Shown here: positions 31,743-41,520 of the stretch, piece after piece
Layout: each line of letters starts with the position of its first letter
How positions within the stretch are numbered: position 1 is the stretch's first letter
Source of the DNA: Acidimicrobiales bacterium
GTDB taxonomy: Bacteria > Actinomycetota > Acidimicrobiia > Acidimicrobiales > CADCSY01
Length of the DNA stretch: 64,000 nt
Direction: 5' to 3'
Assembly: GCA_030446545.1 (NCBI GenBank)
Contig: JAUJNB010000012.1
Span: 8,913-72,912 of the forward strand
Made by a program: the position numbers and the translations under genes
Notes under the pieces: generated by a model
What the model was told of the DNA's origin: nothing
Database searches by the model: none
What the model saw: the letters and a program-made list of their open reading frames with translations, nothing else

Positions 31743-33293
31743 GTGAACAGCTCTGCCCCGTCACGCCGGCGTGCCGTCGCCGATCTGATGACCACGCCTG
31801 CCGTCACGGCACTGCCCGACGAGACCATGGCCGACGTCGCCGTACGCATGGAGACCAAAAGGGTGAGCTGCGTGGTGGTGGTCGAGGACGCTCGGCCCGT
31901 GGGCATCGTGACCGAGCGTGACATCGTCCGCTTCGCAGCCTCCGGTGCCGACGCCTCCACGGCGCTGGTGGCCGACTGGATGACCCCCAAGCCCGACACG
32001 GTGGAGCCGGGGTCCGAGACGGGCGCCGCCTTCGCCAGCCTGGCCGAGCGGGGCTACCGCCACATCCCGGTGGTCGACGACGGCCAACTGGTGGGCGTGG
32101 TGTCCATGCGCGACCTGATGAGGGTGGCCCAGATCCAGCCCATGCTCCACCCCGGCGAGGTCGAGGCCCCCAAGGGGTTGGCCGGGGTGATCGTGGCCGA
32201 CACGGTGGTCGGCGACGTGCGGGGCCAGGAGGGTTTCTACCACTACCGCCAGTACTCGGCGCGGGAGCTGGCCGACAAGCGCACCCTCGAGGACGTCTGG
32301 GCCCTACTCTTCGACGGGGCCCTGCCCGACGCCAGCGGTCGCGCCGCCTTCAGCGCCGACAGCCGCTCCCTCCGGACCCTGCCCGACGCGGTGCGCCCGC
32401 TCCTGCCCGACATCGTCGGCGCCGGGGAGACCTTCCTGCCTCTCGAAGCCCTGCGCTCAGCGGTCTCGGTCACCTCCGCCGCCCTCGGCTTTCGGCCCAG
32501 CCTCGACATCAGTGCCGGCGAGCTGCGGGCCGACGCCGTACGTCTGTGCGCCCTGATCCCCACCCTCGTCTCCGCCCTGCACCGCCTCCGCCAAGGGGAG
32601 GAGCCGGTGGAGCCCGATCCCGGACTGGCCCACGCCGCCAACTACCTGTGGATGCTGACCGGTCGGCGACCCGAGCCCGAGCACGCCCGGGCGGTGGAGC
32701 AGTACCTCATCTCCACGGTCGATCACGGTTTCAACGTCTCCACCTTCACTGCCCGGGTCATCACCTCCACCGGAGCCGACGTGGGTGCCGCCGTGGTGGG
32801 GGCCATCGGCGCCCTGTCGGGTCCGCTCCACGGTGGCGCTCCGAGCCGGGCCCTCGACATGCTCGAGGCCATCGGTGAACCGGCGCGCGCCGAGGAGTGG
32901 ATCCGGGCCGAAGTGGCGCGCGGCGGGCGGATCATGGGCTTCGGCCACCGGGTCTACAAGACCGAGGACCCCCGCTCCATCCTGCTGCGGGAGCTGGCCC
33001 AGCGCCTGGGGGGCGACAAGGCCGAGTTCGCGGCCACGGTGGAGCGGACGATCGTGGAGGTGTTGGCTGACCTCAAGCCCGGGCGGGAGCTGTACGCCAA
33101 CGTGGAGTTCTACGCCGGCGTGGTCATGGAGCGCTGCGGCATCCCGCCCGAGATGTTCACCCCCACCTTCGCAGTCAGCCGGGTGATCGGGTGGTGCGCC
33201 AACATCCTCGAGCAAGCCGCCGACAACCGCATCATCCGCCCGAGCGCCCGCTACGTAGGGCCGCCCGCGCCCCAACCTGTCCCCCAGGTCTGA
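31743..33293 (+). CDS. CBS-pair domain fused to citrate synthase (type II/CitA-like)
   Basis: Intact 516 aa. Residues ~14-135 form two CBS motifs (VADLMTTPAVTA..VGIVTERDIV / VADWMTPKPDTV..LVGVVSMRDLM). The rest is citrate synthase (LSGPLHGGAP, GFGHRVYKTEDPR, ANVEFY). Confidence 0.9.
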   Translation: MNSSAPSRRRAVADLMTTPAVTALPDETMADVAVRMETKRVSCVVVVEDARPVGIVTERDIVRFAASGADASTALVADWMTPKPDTVEPGSETGAAFASLAERGYRHIPVVDDGQLVGVVSMRDLMRVAQIQPMLHPGEVEAPKGLAGVIVADTVVGDVRGQEGFYHYRQYSARELADKRTLEDVWALLFDGALPDASGRAAFSADSRSLRTLPDAVRPLLPDIVGAGETFLPLEALRSAVSVTSAALGFRPSLDISAGELRADAVRLCALIPTLVSALHRLRQGEEPVEPDPGLAHAANYLWMLTGRRPEPEHARAVEQYLISTVDHGFNVSTFTARVITSTGADVGAAVVGAIGALSGPLHGGAPSRALDMLEAIGEPARAEEWIRAEVARGGRIMGFGHRVYKTEDPRSILLRELAQRLGGDKAEFAATVERTIVEVLADLKPGRELYANVEFYAGVVMERCGIPPEMFTPTFAVSRVIGWCANILEQAADNRIIRPSARYVGPPAPQPVPQV

Positions 33294-33295
33294 GC

Positions 33296-33742
33296 GTGGC
33301 CGGGGGGCTGACGGTCGGGGAGGTGGGTGCGGTCACCCCCGACCTGGTCGCCTCCTTCGCCCGCCTGATCCCCCAGCTCTCCCGCTCGTCACCTCCACCC
33401 GGCGAGGCCGAGCTGGCCGAGATGGTGGCGTCCCCGGCGACCGTCCTGCTGGTGGCCGGCACCGACGACGACGAGATCGTGGGCACCCTCACCCTGGTCC
33501 TGTTCCGCATCCCCACCGGGCTGCGGGCCTGGATCGAGGACGTGGTGGTCGACGAGTCGGCCCGGGGCACGGGCGTGGGGGAGGCCCTCACCCGCTCGGC
33601 GCTGGACCGGGCGGCCGTCGCCGGTGCCCGCAGCGTCGACCTCACCTCCCGGCCGTCCCGGGAGGCCGCCAACCGCCTCTACCGCCGCCTGGGCTTCCAG
33701 CCCCGGGACACCAACGTCTACCGGTTCGACCTGGGGAGCTAA
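33296..33742 (+). CDS. GNAT-family N-acetyltransferase
   Basis: GTG at 33296, 3 nt after the citrate synthase stop. IEDVVVDESARGTGVGEALTRSALDRA..ANRLYRRLGF. Confidence 0.8.
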   Translation: MAGGLTVGEVGAVTPDLVASFARLIPQLSRSSPPPGEAELAEMVASPATVLLVAGTDDDEIVGTLTLVLFRIPTGLRAWIEDVVVDESARGTGVGEALTRSALDRAAVAGARSVDLTSRPSREAANRLYRRLGFQPRDTNVYRFDLGS

Positions 33743-33945
33743 CGCAGACAGGGCCGTGTACCTCCTCCCGCAGCACGGGGAAGCCCAGCAATGAGGTGAC
33801 TCGAGCGCCTCGAGCGGGTGGGGACGCTGACCCGCCCCCCGGCGACCCTCGACGCAGAGCTGCCCGTCGTCCCGAGCGACTTCCAGTTGCCGGCCAGGGC
33901 CGCCGCCGCTGCTCGCCACCGAGTAGGACCTTCGGCGGGCCGGGC

Positions 33946-35007
33946 TCAGCCGGCGACGTCGGCGGGGGTGACGGGGCGGCGTTCGGTCGACTCGTAGCCC
34001 ACCGGCAACAGCACGTCGCCCAACTCGGTGGCGTAGTACACCTGCCAGGCGTGGTAGCCCAGGTAGGCCCGCTCGTCGGCTTCGATCTGCTCGGCGTAGG
34101 CGGTCACGGCGTTGACGTACCACGACACCGGGTTGTACCGGTACAGGGCGTTGGGAAGGTTGCCACTGCCACCTCCGTTGGCGGCCAGGTAGCGGGCGGC
34201 GGAGAGGATCGCGTCGTGGGGGTCGTTGATGTCGCCCTCGCCGTAGCTGGCCCAGGTGCTGGGGATGAACTGCATGGGCCCCTGGGCCCCGGCTGAGCTC
34301 AGCCCCCGGATGCGGCCCATGCGGGTCTCGGTGAGGTTCACCGCGGCCAGGTACTCCCAGGGCACCCCGTAGACCGCCTCTCCCTCCTCGTAGTAGGCCC
34401 GCAGCTCTTCGGCCGGTGCCGGTTCGACGATGCGCCAGGCGGGCAGCTTGGTCTGGGGCTTGGCGTGGGGCTGGGCCAGCTCGCGGCCGGCGGCCACGTT
34501 GGCGGCCGCCACCGACCGGAGCTCCTCGGGCAGGGCCGCAGCGACGGCCGCGTCCCAGTCGGGGCGGTCGGTGAGCGCCCGATAGGCCACTTGCTGGAGG
34601 TGACCGTGGTAGGCCAGCTCCTCAGGCGTGGGTGTCGGCGAGCGGATGGCCTGCTCGGCGATGCGGATCTGCTCGGCCAGGCCGGCGGGGGTGTCGGCGG
34701 CGACGGGGACCACGGTCAGCTCGGCGTCGGGCTCCTCCCGTTCCTCCGGCGCCGACGGCTCCTCGGTGGCCTGGCCCGGGGGGGGATCCGCTTCCGGTGG
34801 AACCGCCTCGGCATCGGCCTCCTCGGCCTCCGGGTGCACGGCGGCGGGGGGGGCGATGAGGGGTCGGGCCCGGGGGAGGCGGCTCAGGGTCTCACCCTGC
34901 ACCCCGCTGGCCACTTTCAGGTCGGGGTCCCCGGTGCCGGACTCATAGGCCACCCCGGCGACCAGGGCGACGGCGGCGAAGGCGGCGACGAGGAGGCGAC
35001 GGGACAC
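33946..35007 (-). CDS. Secreted or membrane-anchored lytic transglycosylase (SLT-like)
   Basis: GTG start VSRRLLVAAFAAVALVAGV (signal/anchor). Acidic Pro-rich linker. Catalytic region LAAVNLTETRMGR..GAQGPMQFIPSTW. Confidence 0.8.
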   Translation of the reverse strand: MSRRLLVAAFAAVALVAGVAYESGTGDPDLKVASGVQGETLSRLPRARPLIAPPAAVHPEAEEADAEAVPPEADPPPGQATEEPSAPEEREEPDAELTVVPVAADTPAGLAEQIRIAEQAIRSPTPTPEELAYHGHLQQVAYRALTDRPDWDAAVAAALPEELRSVAAANVAAGRELAQPHAKPQTKLPAWRIVEPAPAEELRAYYEEGEAVYGVPWEYLAAVNLTETRMGRIRGLSSAGAQGPMQFIPSTWASYGEGDINDPHDAILSAARYLAANGGGSGNLPNALYRYNPVSWYVNAVTAYAEQIEADERAYLGYHAWQVYYATELGDVLLPVGYESTERRPVTPADVAG

Positions 35008-35126
35008 GGCTGGCCAGGCTAATGGTGGCCGGTCGCAACTTGGCCGCGGCCTGACGGTTTGGACCACCCCCGCCCCGGCCCCGGGCCGGGCCCGGGCCCG
35101 GGCCACGCCGCCGTGGTGGGTGCCCC

Positions 35127-35930
35127 TTATCGCAGGAGACGGGCCAGAAGGCCGGTCACGGCCGCGTTGAAGGCATCGGGCGCCTCCAGGCTGGAGAGGT
35201 GGCCGGCCGCGGGCAGCACGGCCAGCGTCGACCCGGGGATGGCGTCGTGCAGGGCCCGGGCCACGTCGGGCGGCGACAAGGTGTCCTCGTCGCCGACGAC
35301 GACGAGCGTGGGCACGTCGATGTGGGCCAGGTCCGGGGTGGAGTCGGGACGCCGTCTCATGGCCGCCAGGGCCCCGACGAACCCGGCCGGGGGGTTGTCG
35401 GTCAGGGCCCGGACGGCGCTGACCACATCGGGGCGGTGCCGGCGGGTGCGTTCGCCGAGGAGACCGTCGAGCAGGGTCTGGCGCAGGTCGGTCGTGCCCT
35501 GGGCCGCGACCTGGCGGGCCTGAGCCCGGCGCCGCTCGGCTACCTCGGGACGGTCGGGCCCGGGGCGGGTGTCGGCCAGCACCAGTCCGACCAGCCGCTC
35601 GGGATGGCGGCGGAGGAAGGCGAGGGCCGCGTAGCCACCCATGGACAGGCCGCCGAGCACGACCCGAGCGAGCCCGAGATGGTCGAGGAGGCCGGCGACC
35701 TGGTCGGCCCAGACGTCGACGGAGTAGGCGTCGGGGTCCTCGGGGGCGTCGGTGGCGCCGAAGCCGAGCAGGTCGGGCGCCACCACCCGGCCCCGCCCGG
35801 CCAGGGCCTGGATCTGGGGCGCCCACATGCCGGCGTGGAGAGGGAAGGCGTGCAACAGGACCAGGACGGGACCGCCTCGGCCTTGGTCGAGGTAGTGGAC
35901 GCTGCGACCGGCGACGGTGGCGACGGGCAT
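35127..35930 (-). CDS. Alpha/beta-fold hydrolase
   Basis: Intact 267 aa. HAFPLH oxyanion region, nucleophile elbow GLSMGG, C-terminal AAGHLSSLE. Confidence 0.8.
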   Translation of the reverse strand: MPVATVAGRSVHYLDQGRGGPVLVLLHAFPLHAGMWAPQIQALAGRGRVVAPDLLGFGATDAPEDPDAYSVDVWADQVAGLLDHLGLARVVLGGLSMGGYAALAFLRRHPERLVGLVLADTRPGPDRPEVAERRRAQARQVAAQGTTDLRQTLLDGLLGERTRRHRPDVVSAVRALTDNPPAGFVGALAAMRRRPDSTPDLAHIDVPTLVVVGDEDTLSPPDVARALHDAIPGSTLAVLPAAGHLSSLEAPDAFNAAVTGLLARLLR

Positions 35931-35991
35931 GTCCGGACCCTACGGGCCGTGCCGGTCCGGTCGGGACCGGGGCTGGCCTTCGGGACCGGCG

Positions 35992-37215
35992 TCAGGCCGG
36001 GTCGAGGCGGAAGATGGTCCCGGCGATGGAGATGACGTAGAGCTCCCCGGCGTCGTCTTCGTAGAACGACACCAGCGTCCCCTCGTCGACGCCGACACCG
36101 AGATCGGACCGGCCGGCCACCTTCCCGCCGCCGTCGACGGCCAGGGCCCAGAGCCGGGCGGTGCCCAGATCACCGAACACGTAGGCCCCTTGCAACGCCG
36201 GGATGCGGGCACCTCGGTAGACGAAGCCACCGGTCACCGAGAACCCCTCGTCGTGGGTGTACTCATAGACGGGGCCCACGGCCGACGGCGCAGGGTCACC
36301 ATCGAAGGGGCGGGTACCCTCCAGGGCCGGCCAACCCAGATTGGCCCCCGCGGCCCGGTCGGGAGCGAGGCGGTTGACCTCCTCGACGGCGTTCTGGCCC
36401 ACGTCGGCCAGCCAGAGGTCGCCGGTGACCCGGTCGAAGGAGAAGCGCCACGGGTTGCGCACGCCGTACAGGTAGATCTCACCCCGGCCTCCACCAGCGA
36501 CGAAGGGGTTGTCGGCGGGAATGGCGTAGGGAGCCTCGCCGCCGGCCCGGGGATCGATGCGCAGCACGGAGCCGAGGAGCGTGGTGGTGTCCTGGGCGTT
36601 GCCATCAGGGTCGCCACTGCCCCCACCGTCGCCCAGCCCGAAGTAGAGGAGGCCGTCGGGTCCGAAGACCACGTGGCCCCCGTTGTGGTTGGCGAAGGGC
36701 TGGGCCACGCGCAGCAGGTTGCGGGGCGAGGGCTCGATGTCGGTGGCCCCGGGGCCCATGGTGTACTCGTCCAGACGGCTGTCGCCCTCGAGGTTGGTGT
36801 AGCTGACGTAGAGGTGGTTTCCGTCGGGGCTGAAGGTGAGGCCGAGAAGGCCCCGCTCGCCGTCGGTGGTGGTCTCCACCTCGAGCAGCGGCTCGGGCCG
36901 GACCCGGCCGTCGTCGACCACCATCACCCGTCCGGCCCGCTCGGCCACGAAGAACAGGTCGTGGCCCGGCCGCTCGGCCATGGCCACGGGCCCGTCGAGG
37001 GAGGCCACCTCGCTCAGCCGCAGTGACAGCCCGTCGAGCTCCTCCATCGAGGCGGTGGCCGCCCGGTCGGGCGGTGCCGGCGGCGTGGAGGAGGGCGGCG
37101 GGACCGGGACCGTGACCGACGGTTGGTCACTGGTGTCGCCGGGAGGCCGGTCACCGCTCCCACAGGCAACGGCCAGGAGGGCGGCCATTCCCACAAGGAC
37201 CAGTCGGTTGGACAT
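35992..37215 (-). CDS. PQQ-dependent sugar (glucose/sorbosone) dehydrogenase-like beta-propeller, lipoprotein
   Basis: Lipobox LLAVAC. ERGLLGLTFSPD, HNGGHVVFGPDGLLYFGLGDGG, GVRNPWRFSFD, WLADVGQN. Confidence 0.85.
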   Translation of the reverse strand: MSNRLVLVGMAALLAVACGSGDRPPGDTSDQPSVTVPVPPPSSTPPAPPDRAATASMEELDGLSLRLSEVASLDGPVAMAERPGHDLFFVAERAGRVMVVDDGRVRPEPLLEVETTTDGERGLLGLTFSPDGNHLYVSYTNLEGDSRLDEYTMGPGATDIEPSPRNLLRVAQPFANHNGGHVVFGPDGLLYFGLGDGGGSGDPDGNAQDTTTLLGSVLRIDPRAGGEAPYAIPADNPFVAGGGRGEIYLYGVRNPWRFSFDRVTGDLWLADVGQNAVEEVNRLAPDRAAGANLGWPALEGTRPFDGDPAPSAVGPVYEYTHDEGFSVTGGFVYRGARIPALQGAYVFGDLGTARLWALAVDGGGKVAGRSDLGVGVDEGTLVSFYEDDAGELYVISIAGTIFRLDPA

Positions 37216-37305
37216 GGGCCATGCTCACACGGACAGGGACCGACTTCACCTCACCCCCCGCCCTCCCGGTGACCGGGTGAGGCGGGACAGGATGCTCTGG
37301 TTAGG

Positions 37306-37794
37306 ATGCGAGGAATGCTCGGTTCCCTGGGTGCTCTCGCCCGCGCCCAGTTCGACCGCAAGCCCGTGCGTTACTCGCTCGTCTCGGTGGTGGCGGTCGG
37401 GGTCTCCCAGCTCGTGCTGATCCTGTGCAACGCCCTACTGGACTGGACGGCGGTGCCCTCCAACCTGATGGCCGTGTCCATCGGGTCCATTCCTTCCTAT
37501 GCGCTCAACCGCTCATGGGTGTGGGGCAAGCGGGGCCCGAGCCACCTCTGGCGCGAGGTGGTGCCCTTCTGGGCCTTCGCGCTGCTCGGTCTGGCCTTCT
37601 CCACCTTGTTGGTCCACCTCGCCTCCCAGTGGAACGACAGCACCCTCGTGGTGAGCGCGGCCAATCTCACCGCCTTCGGCCTGCTGTGGGTGGCCAAATA
37701 CCTGTTCCTCAACGCCCTGCTGTTCAAGGTGGTCGACGAGGCGGCCGACGACGTAGCCGACGACGTGGCCGACGAGGAGCTGGCCACCACCTGA
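37306..37794 (+). CDS. GtrA-family membrane protein
   Basis: Intact 162 aa with four TM segments and the motif YALNRSWVWG. Acidic C-terminal tail. Confidence 0.8.
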   Translation: MRGMLGSLGALARAQFDRKPVRYSLVSVVAVGVSQLVLILCNALLDWTAVPSNLMAVSIGSIPSYALNRSWVWGKRGPSHLWREVVPFWAFALLGLAFSTLLVHLASQWNDSTLVVSAANLTAFGLLWVAKYLFLNALLFKVVDEAADDVADDVADEELATT

Positions 37795-38420
37795 ACCCGT
37801 TCCTGCGCAGGCAGGCGGAGGCGGCCCGGGGGTTCCTGCCGGCCGACGAGGGCCTGGCCCTCTACCAGGCGGCCGTGCGCTCGGCCGTCGCCGTGGACGG
37901 CGCGCCTCTGGTGGAGATCGGGAGCTGGTGCGGCAAGTCCACCCTCTACCTGGGAGCGGCGGCGTCCGAGCACGGTCGGCTGGTCTTCGCCGTGGACCAC
38001 CACCGCGGCTCTGAGGAGCAACAGCCGGGATGGGAGTGGCACGACGCCTCCCTGGTCGACCCCTCCCTCGGCGTGCTGGACACCCTGCCCGCCTTCCGCC
38101 ACACGGTGCGCCAGGCCGGCTTGGAGGCGACGGTGGTGGCCGTGGTGGGCGACTCGCCCGCCGTGGCCCGCCACTGGCGAACCCCCTGTGCCCTGGTGTT
38201 CGTCGACGGCGGCCACGGCCCGGGGCCGGCCCACGCCGACTACGAGGGGTGGTCCCCGGCGGTGGCCCCGGGTGGGCTGCTCGCCATCCACGACGTCTTC
38301 CCCGATCCGGCCGACGGCGGCCGCCCGCCGTACGAGATCTACCGGCGGGCGCTCGGGGACGGCTTCGTGGAGGTGTCGGCCACCGGCTCGCTGCGGGTGC
38401 TGCGCCGCCCGTCTGTGTGA
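37791..38420 (+). CDS. Class I SAM-dependent methyltransferase (Methyltransf_24-like). Start codon uncertain.
   Basis: LVEIGSWCGKSTLYLG (SAM-binding Gly loop), VFVDGGHG, LLAIHDVF. The frame is open from upstream, and there is no ATG or GTG near the domain start. Confidence 0.7.
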   Translation: MNPFLRRQAEAARGFLPADEGLALYQAAVRSAVAVDGAPLVEIGSWCGKSTLYLGAAASEHGRLVFAVDHHRGSEEQQPGWEWHDASLVDPSLGVLDTLPAFRHTVRQAGLEATVVAVVGDSPAVARHWRTPCALVFVDGGHGPGPAHADYEGWSPAVAPGGLLAIHDVFPDPADGGRPPYEIYRRALGDGFVEVSATGSLRVLRRPSV

Positions 38421-38447
38421 TGCCCCATCGTTCTTTCGGCACTGAGC

Positions 38448-39524
38448 TCAGCAGGTGGGTCTCAGCGACGAACGCACGGGGGATCGGGTGAACAGCCCCG
38501 ACGCCGGCGTCGTGCCCGACAGGGCGTCGGCCGCCAGGAGCATGGCGGCGGCGCTGTAGGTGGCCCGCTCCCCGCCCGGGCTCTGTTCCCCCACCCCTCC
38601 CGGGAAGTGGACCCCCTCCGGCAGGACCAGGCCCGTGTAGTAGGAACCGTCCCCGGCCCGCAGGGCCTGGGCCCAGGCCATCAACTGGAGGGCCCGGTCC
38701 TCCTCGCCCACCGCCAGGTGGGCCAGCACGCACTCGGCCGTCTCGGCGGCCGTCACCCACGGACGGTCGTGCACGCAGCGGGTGCCCACGCCCGGGATCA
38801 CGAAGCGTTCCCACCCCCCGGCCAGACGCTGCCGGCCGAGGTCACCGCTCACCACCCCGGACAGCACCGGGTAGTACCAGTCCATGGCCCAGCGGCCCTT
38901 GGGTGCGAACGCGTGGGGCACCCCGGCCACGGTGGCGGCCAGCTTGGCCCGTCCCCGTGCCCAGGCCGGTCGGTGCTGTCCGAGGCGCCGGGCCAGGGCC
39001 AGGGCGCAGCTCAGGCTGTGGCAGATCGACGAGGAACCGGTGAGCAGGGCGAAGGACCAGGGTGTGCCGTCGGCGTGGCGGGCCCAGAGGATCTCGCCCC
39101 GGCGGGTCTGCAGGCCCAGCACGAAGCCGATGGCGGCGTCGACCACCGGCCACAACGACTCCAGGAAGGCCCGGTCGCCGGTGACGAGGTAGTGGTGCCA
39201 CACGCCGGTGGCCACATAGGCACAGACGTTGGCGTCGAGCTTGTCGGCCTCGACCCGCTCGGCCCCGCTCCCGTCGGCCACGTGGTACTGGTGCCAGGCC
39301 CCGTCGGGGCGTTGGCGGCGGGCCAGCCAGCGGTAGGCGGCCTCGGCCTCGGCCCACCGGCCGGCCACGGCCAGGGCCATGGCCGCCTCCACGTGGTTCC
39401 AGGGGTCGGCGTGGCCACCGGGGAACCACGGGATCATCCCCGAGTCGAGCTGGACCCAGGCGATGGTGTCGGCGGTGGCGGCCGCTTCGGCGCTGGTGAG
39501 GATCCCGGGAACGGTCGGGGTCAT
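38448..39524 (-). CDS. Prenyltransferase / squalene-cyclase-like alpha-alpha toroid protein
   Basis: From the ATG at 39524 (MTPTVPGIL). Repeated aromatic-rich helical hairpins (PWNHVEAAMALAVAGRWAEAEAAYRWL, GAWHQYH, CAYVATGVWHHY, DWYYPVL, SYYTGL). The family call is by pattern, not by a catalytic motif. Confidence 0.55.
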   Translation of the reverse strand: MTPTVPGILTSAEAAATADTIAWVQLDSGMIPWFPGGHADPWNHVEAAMALAVAGRWAEAEAAYRWLARRQRPDGAWHQYHVADGSGAERVEADKLDANVCAYVATGVWHHYLVTGDRAFLESLWPVVDAAIGFVLGLQTRRGEILWARHADGTPWSFALLTGSSSICHSLSCALALARRLGQHRPAWARGRAKLAATVAGVPHAFAPKGRWAMDWYYPVLSGVVSGDLGRQRLAGGWERFVIPGVGTRCVHDRPWVTAAETAECVLAHLAVGEEDRALQLMAWAQALRAGDGSYYTGLVLPEGVHFPGGVGEQSPGGERATYSAAAMLLAADALSGTTPASGLFTRSPVRSSLRPTC

Positions 39525-39529
39525 GACCG

Positions 39530-40243
39530 TCAGCGGGGCTTGCGGGCGTAGAGGACCAGGCTCTTGCCCAGCACGGGGTTGAGCAGCCTGTCGGCCAGTC
39601 GCAGGCACCGGGGCCGGTTGGTGATGTCCCACACCAGCATCCGGTGATAGGCGGCCACGAGGGGGTGGCCGTCGTTGGCCGGGCCGACCGCACAGCGCAG
39701 CCACCAGTAGGGACTGTGCAGGGCGTGGGCCCGGTGGTGGCCGAGGATGACGAGGCCGGCCCGGCGGAGCACGCCCGTCAGCCCTGCCGTCGAGTAGATG
39801 CGGATGTGGCCTCCCGGCACGGCCGGTGCGTGGTAGTCGTCGGACAGGGCCCAGCAGAACCTCTCGGGCAGCCAGGCCGGCACGGTGACCGCCATGGTCC
39901 CGCCCGGGCGCAGCACCCGGGCCAGCTCGGCCATCGCCCGGTGATCGTCGGGCAGGTGCTCCAGCACCTCGGCGGCGATGACCCGGTCGAACGAGGCGGC
40001 ACGGAAGGGCAGGCGAAGGGCGTCCGCCCCGAGGGCGTGCCCCGGAGACGACGGTGGCGCCTCGGCCGCCAGCGCCGCCAACATGGCGGCCACCTCCTCG
40101 ACCTGGCCCAGATCGGCGTCGATCGCGGTCACTCGTGCCCCCCGACGGGACGCCTCGTAGGCGTGGCGGCCCCCGCCGCACCCAAGGTCGAGGAGGCGCT
40201 CGCCTGGCCGTAGCCCGAGTTGCTCGTAGCGGACGGTCAGCAC
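39530..40243 (-). CDS. SAM-dependent methyltransferase (type 11) with a C-terminal extension
   Basis: Intact 237 aa. LLDLGCGGGRH, VTAIDAD, FDRVIAAEVLEHL, LRPGGTMAV. Confidence 0.8.
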   Translation of the reverse strand: MLTVRYEQLGLRPGERLLDLGCGGGRHAYEASRRGARVTAIDADLGQVEEVAAMLAALAAEAPPSSPGHALGADALRLPFRAASFDRVIAAEVLEHLPDDHRAMAELARVLRPGGTMAVTVPAWLPERFCWALSDDYHAPAVPGGHIRIYSTAGLTGVLRRAGLVILGHHRAHALHSPYWWLRCAVGPANDGHPLVAAYHRMLVWDITNRPRCLRLADRLLNPVLGKSLVLYARKPR

Positions 40244-41512
40244 GGTCGGCGCGCCTCGGACCGTTCGATGACCTCGTGGTACTGCCCGACGGTCGCCTCG
40301 GCCGTGGCCCGCCAGCTGTAACGGGCGACCGCCCGTTCCCGGCCCACCGTCCCCAGTGCCGCTCGCCGCCCGCCGTCTTCGAGGAGGCCGAGGACGGCGG
40401 CGGCCAGGGCCCCGGCGTCGCCAGGAGGCACCAGCACCGCCGCCCGGCCGTCGGCCCCCACCACCTCGGGCAGGGCCCCGCCCGTGGTGGTCACCAGGGC
40501 CACGCCGCAGGCCATGGCCTCGACCGCGGGTAGGGAGAAGCCTTCGTAGAGCGACGGGACCACCGCCACTTCGGCCTCGGCGTAGAGCTCCACCAGGCGC
40601 TCGTCGCTCACGCCGGCCACGAAGCGCACCGCGGCGCCGAGGGCCAGGCGGTCGATCAACCCGGTGAGGGGGCTGTCGGGCTTGCGGGTGCCCACCACCA
40701 CCAGCTCGGCGTCGGGCCGCTCGGTGCGCACCTTGGCCAGGGCCTCCAACAGGAAGGCCAGGCCCTTCATGGAGACGTCGGCCGAGGCCGTGGTCATCAA
40801 CCGGCCCGGTACCCGGGGCCGGGCCGGGAGGGGGCGCCAGCGGGTGGCGTCGACCCCCACGGGCACGATGCGAAGCCGGTCACGCTCCACCCCGTGGTCG
40901 GCGACGATGTCCTCGAGCGACGACTGGGAGACGGTGAGGATGCGGTCGAGGCGCCGTGCCACGCGCGTCTGCATGCGGGTGAACCCGTAGAAGCGCCGCA
41001 GCGTGGCCCGACGCTTCCAGTCGGGCGCATGGGCCAGCTCTACCCGGCGGTCGACGGTGACGGGGTGGTGGATGGTGGCGAGCAGCGGAAGGCCCAGGCC
41101 CCGGGGCGGAGGCGACTGGATGCGGATCAGGCCCGTGCCCAGGCTCTGGTTGTCGTGCACCACGTCGAAGTCGTGCCGGCGCCGGGCCAGGGCCTGCTGG
41201 GCCCGCACGCTGAAGGCGAGGGGCTCGGGGAACCCGGCGCTGGACATGAGCCCGAGCTCCAGCACGTGGGTCCAGTGGTTGAGCTCGGCCAGCCGGGGGC
41301 GGCGGAAGGGATCGGGTTGGCGGTACAGGTCGAGCCCGGGTACCTGCTGCAGGCGGACCCGCTCGTCGAGCTCGGGGTACGGCGGGCCGCCCAGGACCTC
41401 CACGTGGTGGCCGAGATCGACCAGGGCCCGGCTCAGGTGGCGGACGTAGACCCCCTGGCCCCCGCAGTGGGGGTTGCCGCGGTAGGCCAGCAGGGCGATG
41501 CGCAGGGCGGAC
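40237..41512 (-). CDS. GT4-family glycosyltransferase (non-ATG start, 5' end approximate)
   Basis: Upstream of the listed ORF the frame reads LRIALLAYRGNPHCGGQGVYVRHLSRALVDLGHHVEVLGG. The C-terminal half has PSLYEGFSLPAVEAMACGVALV (EX7E). Confidence 0.85.
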
Positions 41513-41520
41513 AGGACGGC

